NCBI GenBank assembly: GCA_012295275.1
Contig: CM022666.1
Location: 9,920,001-9,984,000 of the forward strand
DNA from: Chrysomallon squamiferum
Taxonomy: Eukaryota > Animalia > Mollusca
Length of the DNA stretch: 64,000 nt
Direction of reading: 5' to 3'
A program made the position numbers and the translations under genes. Position 1 is the stretch's first letter. Each line of letters begins with the position of its first letter. Shown piece after piece: positions 40,100 to 59,568 of this stretch. The notes beneath the pieces are model-generated. The model saw nothing but the letters and a program-made list of their open reading frames with translations. It had not been told where the DNA came from and did not search any database.

Positions 40100-42690
40100 A
40101 CAGATAGTAATGTAAGATATCACAATGAAGAGATCTGTTACAAACTAGTAACTGGCAGTAAATATCACAATGAAAAGATCTGTTACAAACTAGTAACTGG
40201 CTGTAATGTAAAATATCACAGTAAAGAGATATATTACAAACTAGTAACTGTAATGTAAGATATCACAATGAAGGGATCTATTACAAACTAGTAACTGGCT
40301 CATGTAAAATATCACAATGAAAAGATCTATTACAAACAAGTAACTATCTGTAATGTAAAACATCACAATGAAGAGATCTATTACAAATTGTAGTAACTGG
40401 CTGTAATCTAAAATATCACATTGAACAGATCTATAACAAACTAGAAACTGGCTTTAATGTAAGATATCACACTGAAGAGATCACGTTACGAACAACACGG
40501 GTGCTGTACTATTCTCCATTTTTACGAATCGGAAGTTGACACTGCCGTAGCCACGTGAATATCACGTGATATTAGGTAGCGTTATACAATTTGATTGGGA
40601 AGTTAATTTAATTCCGTCTTTCTCTCTCTCTGAACACAAACGCACCTTTCTACCGTATCTCTCTCTATATATAAAGGGATAAGGTACATAAACACACACA
40701 CACACACACACACACACACTTTGATAAAAAATATTAATAAATTAATTAATTAAAAAAAATCATTTTATGAATTTTACATATTAAATTCTATATCAAATAA
40801 TAATAAATAAATAAACTAAGGTTACAAATATGACTGAACAGGTTAGAAGACGGAAGTGAACATGGTCAGGTCGCATCTGTAACAATATTGAATATAACCA
40901 ATGAACTTAGCGTTTCACGAAAAACAGTCAAGTGGAAGATCAGCTAGACGATGGAGGGGTGAACTGAATGAGTACTGGAAAGTAGCCGTGTGACAGAGGA
41001 CAGCACCATGCAAGATCATATATAATTATTAAAGATTGTTAATAAGTTTAGATACCAGTAACAAGAACAAATAAAATCTAACGCTACATAACTCCTAAGG
41101 CGTATATGAAGCAGCACAACATTGGAGGAATTTCAGTCACGAAATGAACCGGAATGGTTGCCAGTTTCACTAGCGTTGGCGTTAGAGTTAACGCGGTTCT
41201 TCAAAATGACTCAGTTTGATCAATAATAAAGTTTGTACGTCCCGTAGCGCATAGAAAATACATATTTATATATTCTACAATGCATCTATAAGCAGCATAT
41301 TCCTATTATTCAGACTGATTATTCAAAATTATTATCTATTACAAACTAGTAACTGGCTGTAATGTAAAATATCAATGAAGAGATCTGTTACAAACTTGTA
41401 ACTATCTGTAATAAAAATATTACTACGAAGAGATCTATTACAAACTAGTAAGTGGCTGTAATGTAAGATATCACAATGAAAAAGATATATCACAAACTAG
41501 CAACTGGCTTTAATGTAAAATATCAGAATAACGAGATCTATTACAAATTAGTAACTGGCTGTAATGTAAAATATCACAGTGAAGAGATCTATTACAAACC
41601 AGTAACTGGCTGTAATGTAAAATATCACAGTGAAGAGATCTATTACAAACTAGTAACTAACGTAAAATATCACAGTGAAGAGATCTATTATAAACTAGTA
41701 ACTAATGTAAAATATCAGTGAAGAGATCTATTACAAACTAGTAACTGTAATGTAAAATATCACAGTGAAGAGGTCTATTACAAACTAGTAACTGGCTGTA
41801 ATGTAAAATATCACAGTGAAGAGATCTATTACAAACTAGTAACTAACATAAAATATCACAGTGAAGAGATCTATTACAAACTAGAAACTGGCTGTAATGT
41901 AAAATATCACAGTGAAGAGATCTATTACAAACTAGTAACTGTAATGTAAAATATCACAATGAAAAGATCTATTACAAACTAGTAACTGTAATGTAAAATA
42001 TCACAGTGAAGAGATCTATTACAAACTAGTAACTGGCTGTAATGTAAAATATCACAGTGAAGAGATCTATTACAAACTAGTAACTAACGTAAAATATCAC
42101 AGTGAAGAGATCTATTACAAACTAGTAACTAATGTAAAATATCACAGTGAAGAGATCTATTACAAACTAGTAACTAATGTAAAATATCACAGTGAAGAGA
42201 TCTATTACAAACTAGTAACTGGCTGTAATGTAAAATATCACAGTGAAGAGATCTATTACAAACTAGTAACTAATGTAAAATATCACAATGAAAAGATCTA
42301 TTACAAACTAGTAACTGGCTGTAATGTAAAATATCACAGTGAAGAGATCTATTACAAAACTAGTAACTGTAATGTAAAATATCACAGTGAAGAGATCTAT
42401 AACAAACTAGTAACTGGCTGTAATGTAAAATATCACAATGAAGAAGATATATTACAAACTAGTAACTGGCTGTAATCTAAAATATCTCAATGAAGAAGAT
42501 ATATTACAAACTAGTAACTGGCTGTAATGTAAAATATCACATTAAAGAGATCTATTACAAATTGTAGTAACTGGCTGTAATCTAAAATATCACAGTGAAG
42601 AGATCTATTACAATCTAGTCAGAAGCTGTAACGTAAGTTATCACAGTGAAGAGATCTATTACAAACTAATAACTGGCAGTAATGTAATAT
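40100..42690. repeat. Minisatellite with 45/47/51-bp unit variants (gtaatgtaaaatatcacagtgaagagatctattacaaactagtaactggct), roughly 35 copies, interrupted at 40482-41335
   Basis: Directly visible tandem units, most homogeneous at 41560-42420. Confidence 0.95.
40482..41335 (+). pseudogene. Direct-orientation duplicate of 47286-48302 (truncated MPDU1 exon 1 plus bidirectional promoter plus TAF6-side 5' region) inserted in a minisatellite
   Basis: 40821-41335 matches 47788-48302 with two substitutions by eye; the left part is more diverged and lacks about 47641-47757. The copied MPDU1 ATG (40517-40519, minus strand) reads [12 protein letters not shown] and then stops at the junction. Confidence 0.93.
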
Positions 42691-44225
42691 ATATAACAAT
42701 TATCCCATGTATGATTCTGGATAAAATGAATATCCCATAAATATTCTTGACATGAGAATATTCTATATATAATTCTGGAGATAACATATCTGATATATGA
42801 TTCTGGATAAAACTAATATCCCATAAATATTCTGGTTATAAGAATATCTTTTATGTGCTGATTGAGAAACAGTTTATCACTGACTAGCTATTTGTTTGTT
42901 TAACTTTCTGCAATAGATTATTATTACCTATTATTTCTATTATTGTTATTATTATGGTATTTGTTATTATATTTTTTATCATCAATACCATTATTTTTTA
43001 TTTATTCATTTATTTATCTTTGTTTACTTACTTACTTATTATATTATTTCAAAGTAAAGTTTGTTGACAAACTGTCATTTCGTTACCCATTTCCTTTTTT
43101 GATATAAAATTTCAGTGGATGTTTTCCCTATTTTTTCAAAGTGCTTCAAGTCAAGTAGGGATGTTATTTCAGAGCTGTAATGTCTTGTTTTATAATCATC
43201 TAAATTTATAAACATAAATTCTTATTTAGCTTTAATAAATATATTTAGGACATTTCGTGATGTTATGGCCAGTTTTCAGTAATTATTCCAATTTAAGGCA
43301 TTTTCAGGTCTGCACAAAGCCTGTTATAATTCATTAATAATGTATCTAAATATGTCACATCATACAGAACAGTGTTAATATTACACTAGTTCACAGCTCT
43401 AGAATGAAATGATCCATGAATTTGACTGTGTTCCTACATCACTAATCTTTTGTCAGAACATTCTGTGTCATAATGGGCAAAATGAAGATTATTATTCTGA
43501 AAAATAATTGTTTTATTGTTACTCCTATAAAAAATAAAATTATAATCAGAAAAAGAAGAAAGACATAACAAAAAGCAAATTTAATAATGTCAATTTTCAC
43601 ATTCTTTAATCTGGTTTACTGTACCAATAAAAAATTCACATCAAAATTTCTAAGAAATAATGTGACAATCACAAAAAATATTATCAAAAAGAAAAATAGT
43701 AAATAATTTAAACTGTATATGAAAAAAAAGACTGTTCTGAATAAACAATATATAATTACTCAGTAATTTACCCTAAAATACTTCCTTTTAACAACAAAAG
43801 TTAAAAAAACATATAATCACATTTCTGACATAAGCACCACAGTACACACATTTAAATAACAATACAATAATTTATTAAATTTAACTACTACTTAATTGTA
43901 TGGTGATAAAATATCTAACTGACATTTTGTTTAATTTCATACACTTTATCTTTTACTCACTGTATCTATTTTATGTGGTGCTAAGTTGTCACCAATGTTG
44001 ACAAGCATGTCACTTCTTTGTTATAGAAATTGTAATAGGAATGAAATAAAATATAAAATACACTAAAACTATTGTGTCTTTGATATTAGTTTGATGTGGT
44101 CAAACAATTTTATTGTTTCAACCTGCGATTGTGATCAGAATAAAATTATAGACAAACACTTCTGCTGTTTCAACCTGCATTTCCAATTGGAAAATAAAAA
44201 AATATAAACTGTGACTATGTTAAAA

Positions 44226-47200
44226 CTATTGTGTCTTTGTTTTTGGCTTGATGTTCCAGTAATACATCATCTGCGCAGCAATGATGCCATTACACACTGA
44301 AGCAATGATGAAGGTGAAGATGACAAGGCTGTCTCCTGTTTCTTGGATGGAGGTGAAAACACGGGCCACTGCGCCGAGGAAGAGAAGATACACTGTCAAT
44401 GCAGACAACTGACCTGTGTGACCTTGACTGAAATTCTGATATGCCTGAATCAACTGTAATTAAAAAATTTATTTTCTGTTATTAAAAATAACAAAATTAA
44501 TAAAATTTTGTATTTATGTCAGTATAAAAAATCAAAATTCTTTTCATTATTTGCTTAAACAAAGTGAAATAAAATATTGATATTTCATTAGAAAAGCAGT
44601 ATTTAAAAAGAAATCTGCTTACATTTGTCTGAAGACAGAAATCTAATTTTATTACATATTTGAATAAAACCAATCAAATAAAATTAGAAAATTAGCTAAA
44701 ACATAATATTATTGATGCACTAGAAGAATAAAATAACAATTTATATTGTCTATTATTTCACAAATGTCAAAATTTCATGTCAGTTTTTTTCACACAAAAT
44801 TTTATATCAAAATTCTCATCCAATATTTTACAACTAATTAAGCTACAATTAACTTAATACATTATACAAACACTCACACAGACAGACAAAATATATCACT
44901 TACTTTACTGACTGCAACAATAACAACATTTACACCTTGGAATGCTGCCAGCAGAGACATTGGTGCTGCTGGAGAAAGAAGGAAAACCATAGCAACAACA
45001 TACACACCAGTGTAGAGGACTCCCTTTAAAATGTAACCATTATAGTGAAAAATAAGATATCCTATAGTTACTGTCTGTAGTCCAAGAAACATAGACTCTC
45101 CATAGGAACTGAAAAAATAGATATGCATATGATATATAGATATAGATATGAATGTGTGTGTGTGTGTGTGAACATGTAGATATACAGACAGATAGATAGA
45201 CAGATTATATAGTTACTGAATATCTCTTATATGATTCTGGATATAATGTCATGTAAATGTATGACATTTCAATAATTTTAATTCCATGAAATCTTGTATA
45301 ATATATGTATGTTTGTATCCATGATATGTAGAAAGATATAAATTTATAAATTTTATAAAATTAACAAGTAGTATATATTACATTTTTTGTTTATCTGATG
45401 AGAAATGATTAACTATTTTATAATTTAAACTAGTGCAGTTGTAATTTTAGGCCTTAAGTTAACTTTTTAAAACTGGTAAAAATCTGCATTAAAGTGAATA
45501 CTGAAAAACAATTAAAAATGTATTTAATTTTATTTAATATTATTAAAATTATTTATTTACTTATTTTTCAAATAATTTAGGACAGGTTTAAAACTAAGGT
45601 ACAAAAAATACCTAAATGGAAACTGTTTAGCAAATCCATATGACCATGAAGCTGAGATTGCTAGCAGTTCAAAAGTGACCGAGAGTAGACTGATTCCAAC
45701 TGCACTCTGCGATCCCACAAGTTTCACAATCTGTGGAACCTTTACTGAAAACAATATTCAGTTGTATTATTGTAATAACATACTCTACTAAATAAAAAAA
45801 CTACAATGTAGATATAAAATGACTGAAGTAGCACATATGAAATATCAACATATGCATATATATGTATGTATGTATGTCCTCCATGTTTAGTGTTGATATA
45901 AAAATTATTAAATGAAAATGAGAAAGAAATTTAATAATGTAATAATATTATTTTTTTTAATCTAATCTGTTATTACTAGAAAAGGTTTTAATTTATTATC
46001 TACTTTATTTGGATTTTACAAGTCTTTTCATTTTTTGAAGAAAAGATTTTCTCATTAATTACAGGGCAGCAGTTAATACAGCTTCTAACACATTGTATCT
46101 AAAATCAATATAGTAAAATGTTTCAAATGTCGTGTTTTTAAATCAGTTTTCTATCTGTTATCTTGTCAGTACATACCCACACAGGCTCCAAGAATTATGC
46201 CGTAACCCAAACATTTGCTGATAACAACTTTCAAACAAGGAACTGAAAGAAGAAAAAAGTGATGGTATATAAAAATATAATAGATTTAAATATAAAATGA
46301 CATAAATTTTTATTTTTTGTAACATTCTCAGACGGACTCAGTCGTGTAGTATTATTTTTTTCATAGCTATTTGGTATCTCTTTTTTACACCATTAAATTT
46401 ATGCATTGTAAGTAAACATTGTTTCATGAAGTAATGTTAAAAATTAAATTTAATGTCTTGTTTAGTGTAGGACAGCATACTGTGCTTTTATACAAACACA
46501 AGTAATGACAGTATCAAAATAATTTTTATTTGTTTTCATTTTCTTACACTTCATAGAGATATTAAAAACAAAAATTTACATTGTTATTATGAGTTACAAA
46601 TTATGTGCAGTTATATTGCTTCAAAATGGTTGTTTTCATTACTAGCCCAGTTTTATAAATTTTATTATAAACAAACAAATAAATAAATAAAGTGGTAGCT
46701 TATTACGTCATTAACAGCACCACCATCGGACAAGAAATACTAACGTCATAATAAACTAGGGTAACAGAACTTTACTACGTCAAAATAAGTTGATATTTGG
46801 CATTTATTTACCCCTACGTTTAAACACTTTAGAATTATCGAAAATATTCATGTTGATTCCTTATTTTTTGAAAACCCATAGTGGTCACTGAAAAGTGACA
46901 CACTGCCTACAGCCACTTCTATATGTTATTATTATTTTATTTTATGTTCGTTCAAAGTCACGAGCCCGATTTTTCTGCAAAATTGGTTTAGGAAAGCCTT
47001 GTCTATGACAACGAATACCAGGTTTAATCTACCATTTAAAAAAAAAAAAAATTGTAGTGCTGCACAAAATTAAATTATGTCTACGTAAAAACTAAAGATT
47101 TTTATCTTAGAATTACTGAATTAGCTGTAATGAATAACCCCCTACATAAAATAAAAATATGGCTTAATTCGTTTTCTTTGAGATAGTAGATTGAGAACGT

Positions 47201-47323
47201 AAAAGATTACAAATATTTACCATCAAATAAATTAAATTTTATAAAAAATTCGTCGAAACACGGTTGGGGAACAAGGAATTGGATCCACGTTACGAACAAC
47301 ACGGGTGCTGTACTATTCTCCAT
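44226..47323 (-). CDS. MPDU1: Mannose-P-dolichol utilization defect 1 protein (PQ-loop family), 244 aa, 5 coding exons
   Basis: Exons 47221-47323 ([27 protein letters not shown]), 46177-46242 ([16 protein letters not shown]), 45612-45744 (VKVPQIVK), 44904-45108 (SYGESMFL), 44226-44453 ([26 protein letters not shown]...KTKTQ stop); all GT-AG, total 735 nt. Confidence 0.95.
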
Positions 47324-48543
47324 TTTTACGAATAGGAAGTTGACACTGCTGTAGCCACGTGAATATCACGTGATATTAGGTAGCGTTATACAATTTGATT
47401 GGGAAGTTCATTTAATTCTCCCTCTTTCTCTCCATGTCTCAAAACAGACGCGCCTTTCTACCTTATCTCTCTCTATATATATAATGGGATAAGGCACACA
47501 CACACACACACACACACACATTTTGATAAATAATCTTTTATTTTTTCTAATTAAAAAATATAAATTAATTAAGTACTTAAAAAAATCATTGAAAAAAAAA
47601 TCATTTTATGAGTTTTACATATTAAATTCTTAACAAAATAACTAAGTTTTAAAACGATACGTCTAACTGTGTTACTGAATTATGATGACTCAAAACGGAG
47701 TAATTGCTTTTAAAGTGGCATGCAAATGTGTGTATGTGTCTGTATTTAGTATTACAAATAATAATAATAATAAATAAATAAACTACGGTTACAAATATGA
47801 CTGAACAGGTTAGAAGACGGAAGTGAACATGGTCAGGTCGCATCTGTAACAATATTGAATATAACCAATGAACTTAGCGTTTCACGAAAAACAGTCAAGT
47901 GGAAGATCAGCTAGACGATGGAGGGGTGAACTGAATGAGTACTGGAAAGTAGCCGTGTGACAGAGGACAGCACCATGCAAGATCATATATAATTATTAAA
48001 GATTGTTAATAAGTTTAGATACCAGTAACAAGAACAAATAAAATCTAACGCTACATAACTCCTAAGGCGTATATGAAGCAGCACAACATTGGAGGAATTT
48101 CAGTCACGAAATAAACCGGAATGGTTGCCAGTTTCACTAGCGTTGGCGTTAGAGTTAACGCGGTTCTTCAAAATGACTCAGTTTGATCAATAATAAAGTT
48201 TGTACGTCCCGTAGCGCATAGAAAATACATATTTATATATTCTACAATGCATCTATAAGCAGCATATTCCAATTATTCAGACTGATTATTCAAAATTATT
48301 ATGTTTATGATTAAATAATGATTATGAATTTGTGGAATGTGGATATGTCTAGATTCTATGATAAATTGCCAAAGTATTGATCATTAGATTCACTGTAAAC
48401 GGTATGCCTGACACTAATTACTGAATTAGCCTGAAATACGTACATCTTTGGAGCAGAAAGTATTTAATGCATACACAAAAACTAATAATATTAACGTACG
48501 TTACTTCATTCGGTTTGATGTTATTTGGTTAAGATGATGGAAG
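47324..48543. promoter_or_regulatory. Bidirectional promoter / 5' UTR region shared by MPDU1 and TAF6
   Basis: Divergent start codons about 1.2 kb apart; local CpG enrichment; GGAAGT at 47335-47340; CACGTG at 47356-47361; 16-bp palindrome AATATCACGTGATATT at 47362-47377; ATTGG at 47398-47402; ETS-like CGGAAGTG at 47818-47825. Confidence 0.75.
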
Positions 48544-54502
<5,959 letters not shown>

Positions 54503-56404
54503 ATCTTGTTGCAGATATTTTGTCTTTTTGTAAAACTTGTTCAAAAGTTAATTAAAAAAAAATTGTCATCTTTCAGTCTGTGAATTAATGAATTTATTTA
54601 TATAAAAAAAAGACAATAATAATTAAAAAAACACAAAAAACGTTCATATTTCTTACTGAAAGTGAAATAATTTGTAAAAAAAAAAAAAATTAAAATAAAA
54701 TCTTATAAATAATATGACAATGAAATATTTTAAGCAAAAAGAACTTGTCATATTTCTTACTAACAATGAAATAATCTGGAACTAAAAAGACAAAAAAAGT
54801 AAATAAAAATGTTTCCTCAGTGTAAATAATTAATTTATTTTTATTTTAAAACTGAGCATAAAGAAAAAGGGAAGGTTTCACTTAACTAAATTTCCTACAC
54901 ATTTAAGTGCTTTCTACAAGTTAATAAATGTAGGTAAGACAGCACAATCCTCAATTCAAATCTCTCAATCCAGCATGGTACACAGCCTTGCACAAAGCTT
55001 TATATAATTTGCTACAAGTGATACGTCATAAATTTATTCATAAAATTGATTAATCCATACAATAATGTTATTCATAGAACACAGCTGATTGTTATTTATC
55101 CTTATTATCTTTCATAGAACTTAATTTATTCAAATTGTGTACATAAAATTACTTAAATCTTATGACAGTATATTATTCGTAAAACTACTTAATTCATACA
55201 ATAATTTTATTCATATAAATAAATGTAAAAAAAAAAAAAAAAAAAAAAAAGGAAAAACAATATGTGTACAGTCAAATGCTATTATTATTACAAGCCAGTA
55301 CACTTCCCTTTCTCCTTAGACTGATGAACATTTATTAAAGTGAATGCACAAGTTACAGATAATCCTGAATACATTGACTTGTGGGTTCTGTCTGACTGGA
55401 GGTTGTGATACACTGTTTATAATTAAACTTGAGGCATTCATTTTTTTGTTATTATGTTACAAACTGGTTGCCAGTAACAAACATAGCAATAATTAAAAAA
55501 GTATTTACCTCATTTGTTTAGACCACCATAGTTGTCTTGTTTAATAAAAATAAATAAATGGACTGTTCTAAGAAAAGAATTTCAGAGAGAGGAAAGAAGA
55601 AAAAATAATAGTATTAAAGTAACAAAAATAAACCAGAAAAAGCTGGTGTGTTTTTTTTTTTTTTTTTTTAAATTGTAGATTGGTATTCCATAATTCCTAA
55701 AAATAAATATATATTAACCTTTATTTTTTTCAATACATTGGTAACACACCCTGATACTAGAACATTTATTTTATTCTATCAAGATATCTTGTCTTCAAGG
55801 TCCTAAGACTTTTCAGTACTTTCAGAATTATCCAGTTGTTTTAATTTAATTTTTGATAATCTTCAAATATTGTAGTTTTGAAGAAACAAAGTAAAAATAA
55901 GTAAATAAATAAATAAAATAATAAAATAAATTAGAAATAGATAATTATATACATTCTAAATATTTCTTCAGTGGCTCTCTTGAAGTTTTCAAATGATATC
56001 ACTGGTTTTTACTATCAACTGAATTGTATTTCATGAAATTAAAAAAAAAACATGATTGTGCCGTCATAAACATAACCTAAACACTAATTATATCATGAAC
56101 TTGTTATCTGCAAACACTTCATAGTTGTTTTTTAAATGAAAAATGTTGTCCTTTTTAAAGTCACCTCTGTTACTAATCTTTGACTGTCCAACATTTCAGA
56201 CATCCAATATATTGGGTTTGATCTTTAATATGCTGGATTTTGGTATCCAACAGACCAAAATGTTGATTTTGATATATGACTTGCCTATTATGCTGGATTT
56301 TGATCTTTGACTGTCCAGTGTTTGTGTAGGAACAGTAACTGCAATGTGTACAAGAACACATCCATGTCAGTTACACAGCAGACTGCCGATTAAGTGTTCC
56401 TGTC

Positions 56405-56439
<35 letters not shown>

Positions 56440-57024
56440 TGTCAATTTTAAGAATTATTTTCTAATTTAATTTTTAATAAAACAAACAACAGAACACATT
56501 AATAACAACAAATACAGAATATTTATTGAAAAATAAAACAGATTCTTTCTCATTCTAAGTGGAATTCTTCAAAATACTTATCTGTAGAAGATTAAAAATA
56601 TAAACTATTTATAAAACTGATTTCCTCTAACACTGGAATTATGTGAAAAGGCCTCTGTAGTTTATTTATTTAAACTGAAATATTTTAAAATGAATGCAAA
56701 CAAAAATAACAGTGACAGAAAATAATGTAAAACATTTGTATAACCCTGATTTAACTAAAAAAAAAAAATGTTGGAGAGTTGACTTTCTATGAAGACAATT
56801 AATATTCAAGTATATATGTAAATTAATTTAATTTTTTGGTGAGAATTTTAATGTCATGGATTCAGGGAAACTGATATTATTGTTGTCTGTTTTATCCACT
56901 GATTGAAAACTGAGTAAAGTAGCTAATGCTGATTTATTACATGGAATGTAACTAAATAGTATTAACAGCAACACATGTTCAGAGAAAATTAAATATATTA
57001 AAATATATGTCATGTGTTCAAATC

Positions 57025-57064
<40 letters not shown>

Positions 57065-59568
57065 AATACATACTGAAATAAAATTATATTGCATGTACTG
57101 AAATAAAAATATGCTTCATGTGTTTTCAAATATACTGCAACATAAATGTTCAAACTTTACATACTTAAATACTTCATACACATTCAGATATAAAAGTTTG
57201 CTATTCTGAATTCAATTATATATTGTTTTTATTATGCACACATTCAAATGCAAACTTTTACCACACAAATGTATTAATAACATCACACCATGTAACTAGC
57301 ATTTAAAAGCACTAGACACAAACTGGTTTCAAACCTGCAGATTACACAACTGATAGCCCACAAATTTCACCTATAAAAACAAACATGTCTGCTTTAAAAG
57401 ATGAAGATATCTATTGCTTAAATATAGGTATCATGTTTTGTTATTTTTCAATGTAGATGTCAATGTTTTGTTAATTTGTCAGTGCAGATATCAATGTTCC
57501 TTGTTGATTGTTCAGTGAAGATATCAGTATGTTTTAGTTTAAATGTTTAGAATGGTTTAATGACACAAGAATGTCAGGAATACAACAAATGGAAAAACCA
57601 GTTTGTTACTCACTCGCTTTACCTATTCAAATACAAATCACTTGCTTTTGATATTTTCTTTGTGTATACATAATTCAACAAAATATTTTTATAGCTAAAA
57701 ACATTCTAATAAAATTTTAACATATACAATATATTCTCAAAAATCTTTTGATAAAATATTCCAGATTACCATGAGTAATACAAAATCTAGCAGATAACAA
57801 TTAAAATTATCTTTTTATACATCAACAGTAATAACTGTATTTTGTTTATATTCCAAAAGTATATATGCAACAATTAACTACATTTTAAACTGTAACAGTA
57901 AAAACACTCAATTATGACTTAATTAGCTATATTTTATATTGCAGTTATGCTGTTACTTACAGTCTCTTTAAACTTTAAATGTAAGTTATCCTGTATTTCT
58001 ATATATATATATATATATGAAGTTACATATAATCTTTATGTAAGTTATACAGTGTTTTATATTGTTATACATAATTAATTTGTAAGTTAAACAATGTTTT
58101 ATATACATGTTGTAGAGTGTCTTCATATTTAAGTTATACTATATTTGATATGTAAGTTGTACAATGTTTTCTATATAAGTTATATAATATTTTATATACA
58201 AGTTATACAATAATTTATATGCGTTTTATATATGTAACAATTAAATAGCATCTTCATACTGCAGCATGAAAAAGGAACTACCAAACATTATTCATTTTGG
58301 TTTTGCACTGAAATTTGATTTACATTAGTAGTTATGTCTTAGCTACATTTTTAAGTGATTAAATTAAAATTTGGTTTATAAAAAAAGAACAAGTTTTGAT
58401 CACAATGACCACTTTAAAATGAGACAATTAAAACTGTAAACAAATATAACAATAAATAAAAAATTGATGAAAAACAGTTTGAACACAAAAAACAAAAACA
58501 GTTATGATGGAAATTCTTCTCAACAGAAATGAGTAAAACACAATCATTTCTGTAAAATATTTGTTAAAATAGTTTCTAGGCCAGATTTTCTATTAACCTA
58601 TAACTACATTTTTATTACCATTTAAAATTCATTTAAATATCATGTCAGGATGTTGATGTACAACAAAAATATGAACAGAAAAACATTTTATTATGCCAGT
58701 GAGTAAATGAAATGAAAATAGCACTTATGCTAAAATAACATGTAAAAAGCAAACACTGTAAATGAAATAGCACAAACACTGATTTTATCTGAAATGGTAA
58801 ATGACACATAGCTGGCAGACCTAGTGACAATGTAAACAAACAGATCACTTGAAGCATATGTTATGTAAACAGATCATTTACAATGTATGTTAGGTAAACA
58901 GATCACATACAAACAATATATGCTATGTAAACAGATCACATACAAACAATGTATGCTATGTAAACAGCTCACGTATAGTGTATGTTATGTAAATTATCAC
59001 TTACAAACACCAGTTCTGTACAATTGTTTACATCATTTCCACTAGTCAAATTATCTGTCCAAACCAGCTTCAAGACAAACACAGCAAACTGCAATATCTA
59101 AATAAACAAAATGTAATTATTTTATAATGAAAATACCAATTACAATACACTACTTTCATATATATAATATTTACTCTGATTTCTCTGTCCTGTTATGTTA
59201 TTTGACAAAGAGGTGCAATACGGTAGTTAGTTGAGGAAGAGTCTTGTTGGGGATGTATGCATGGATAGGTACAGAGGAAAGATAATGTGTGGTCAGTGTT
59301 AGATTTCACACTACCTGGCTACTGACATTAGTTCTATGATGTTCTGTGTTTTGATGTAAAACAAATGATCAAATCTGGATGAACAATAAGTTACAAATAC
59401 AAACATGTAAATAAATGGTGATGAAAATGTTCAGCTCATCAGTTAGCTGAATGATGGGAATTTCGTTTTGATTTGGGATTACTTAAGCAAGAACAATAGC
59501 TATACTAACATCCTACAAGAAATATGAACAATATAGTTACTCAGTAAAATTTTACTTACAAGTGTCAA

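Noticed and set aside
40481-41335. Insert as a Helitron (could be read as starting TC at an A|T site)
   Set aside because: No 3' CTRR or subterminal hairpin; the sequence is a copy of the local promoter.
41476-41721. Repetitive ORF (VKYHSEEIYYKLVT)n
   Set aside because: Arises from the 45/51-bp satellite units; other units break the frame.
40100-42690. Repeat array with a captured fragment as a CRISPR-like locus
   Set aside because: Units are head-to-tail with no unique spacers, there is a single large insert, no cas genes, and the context is eukaryotic.
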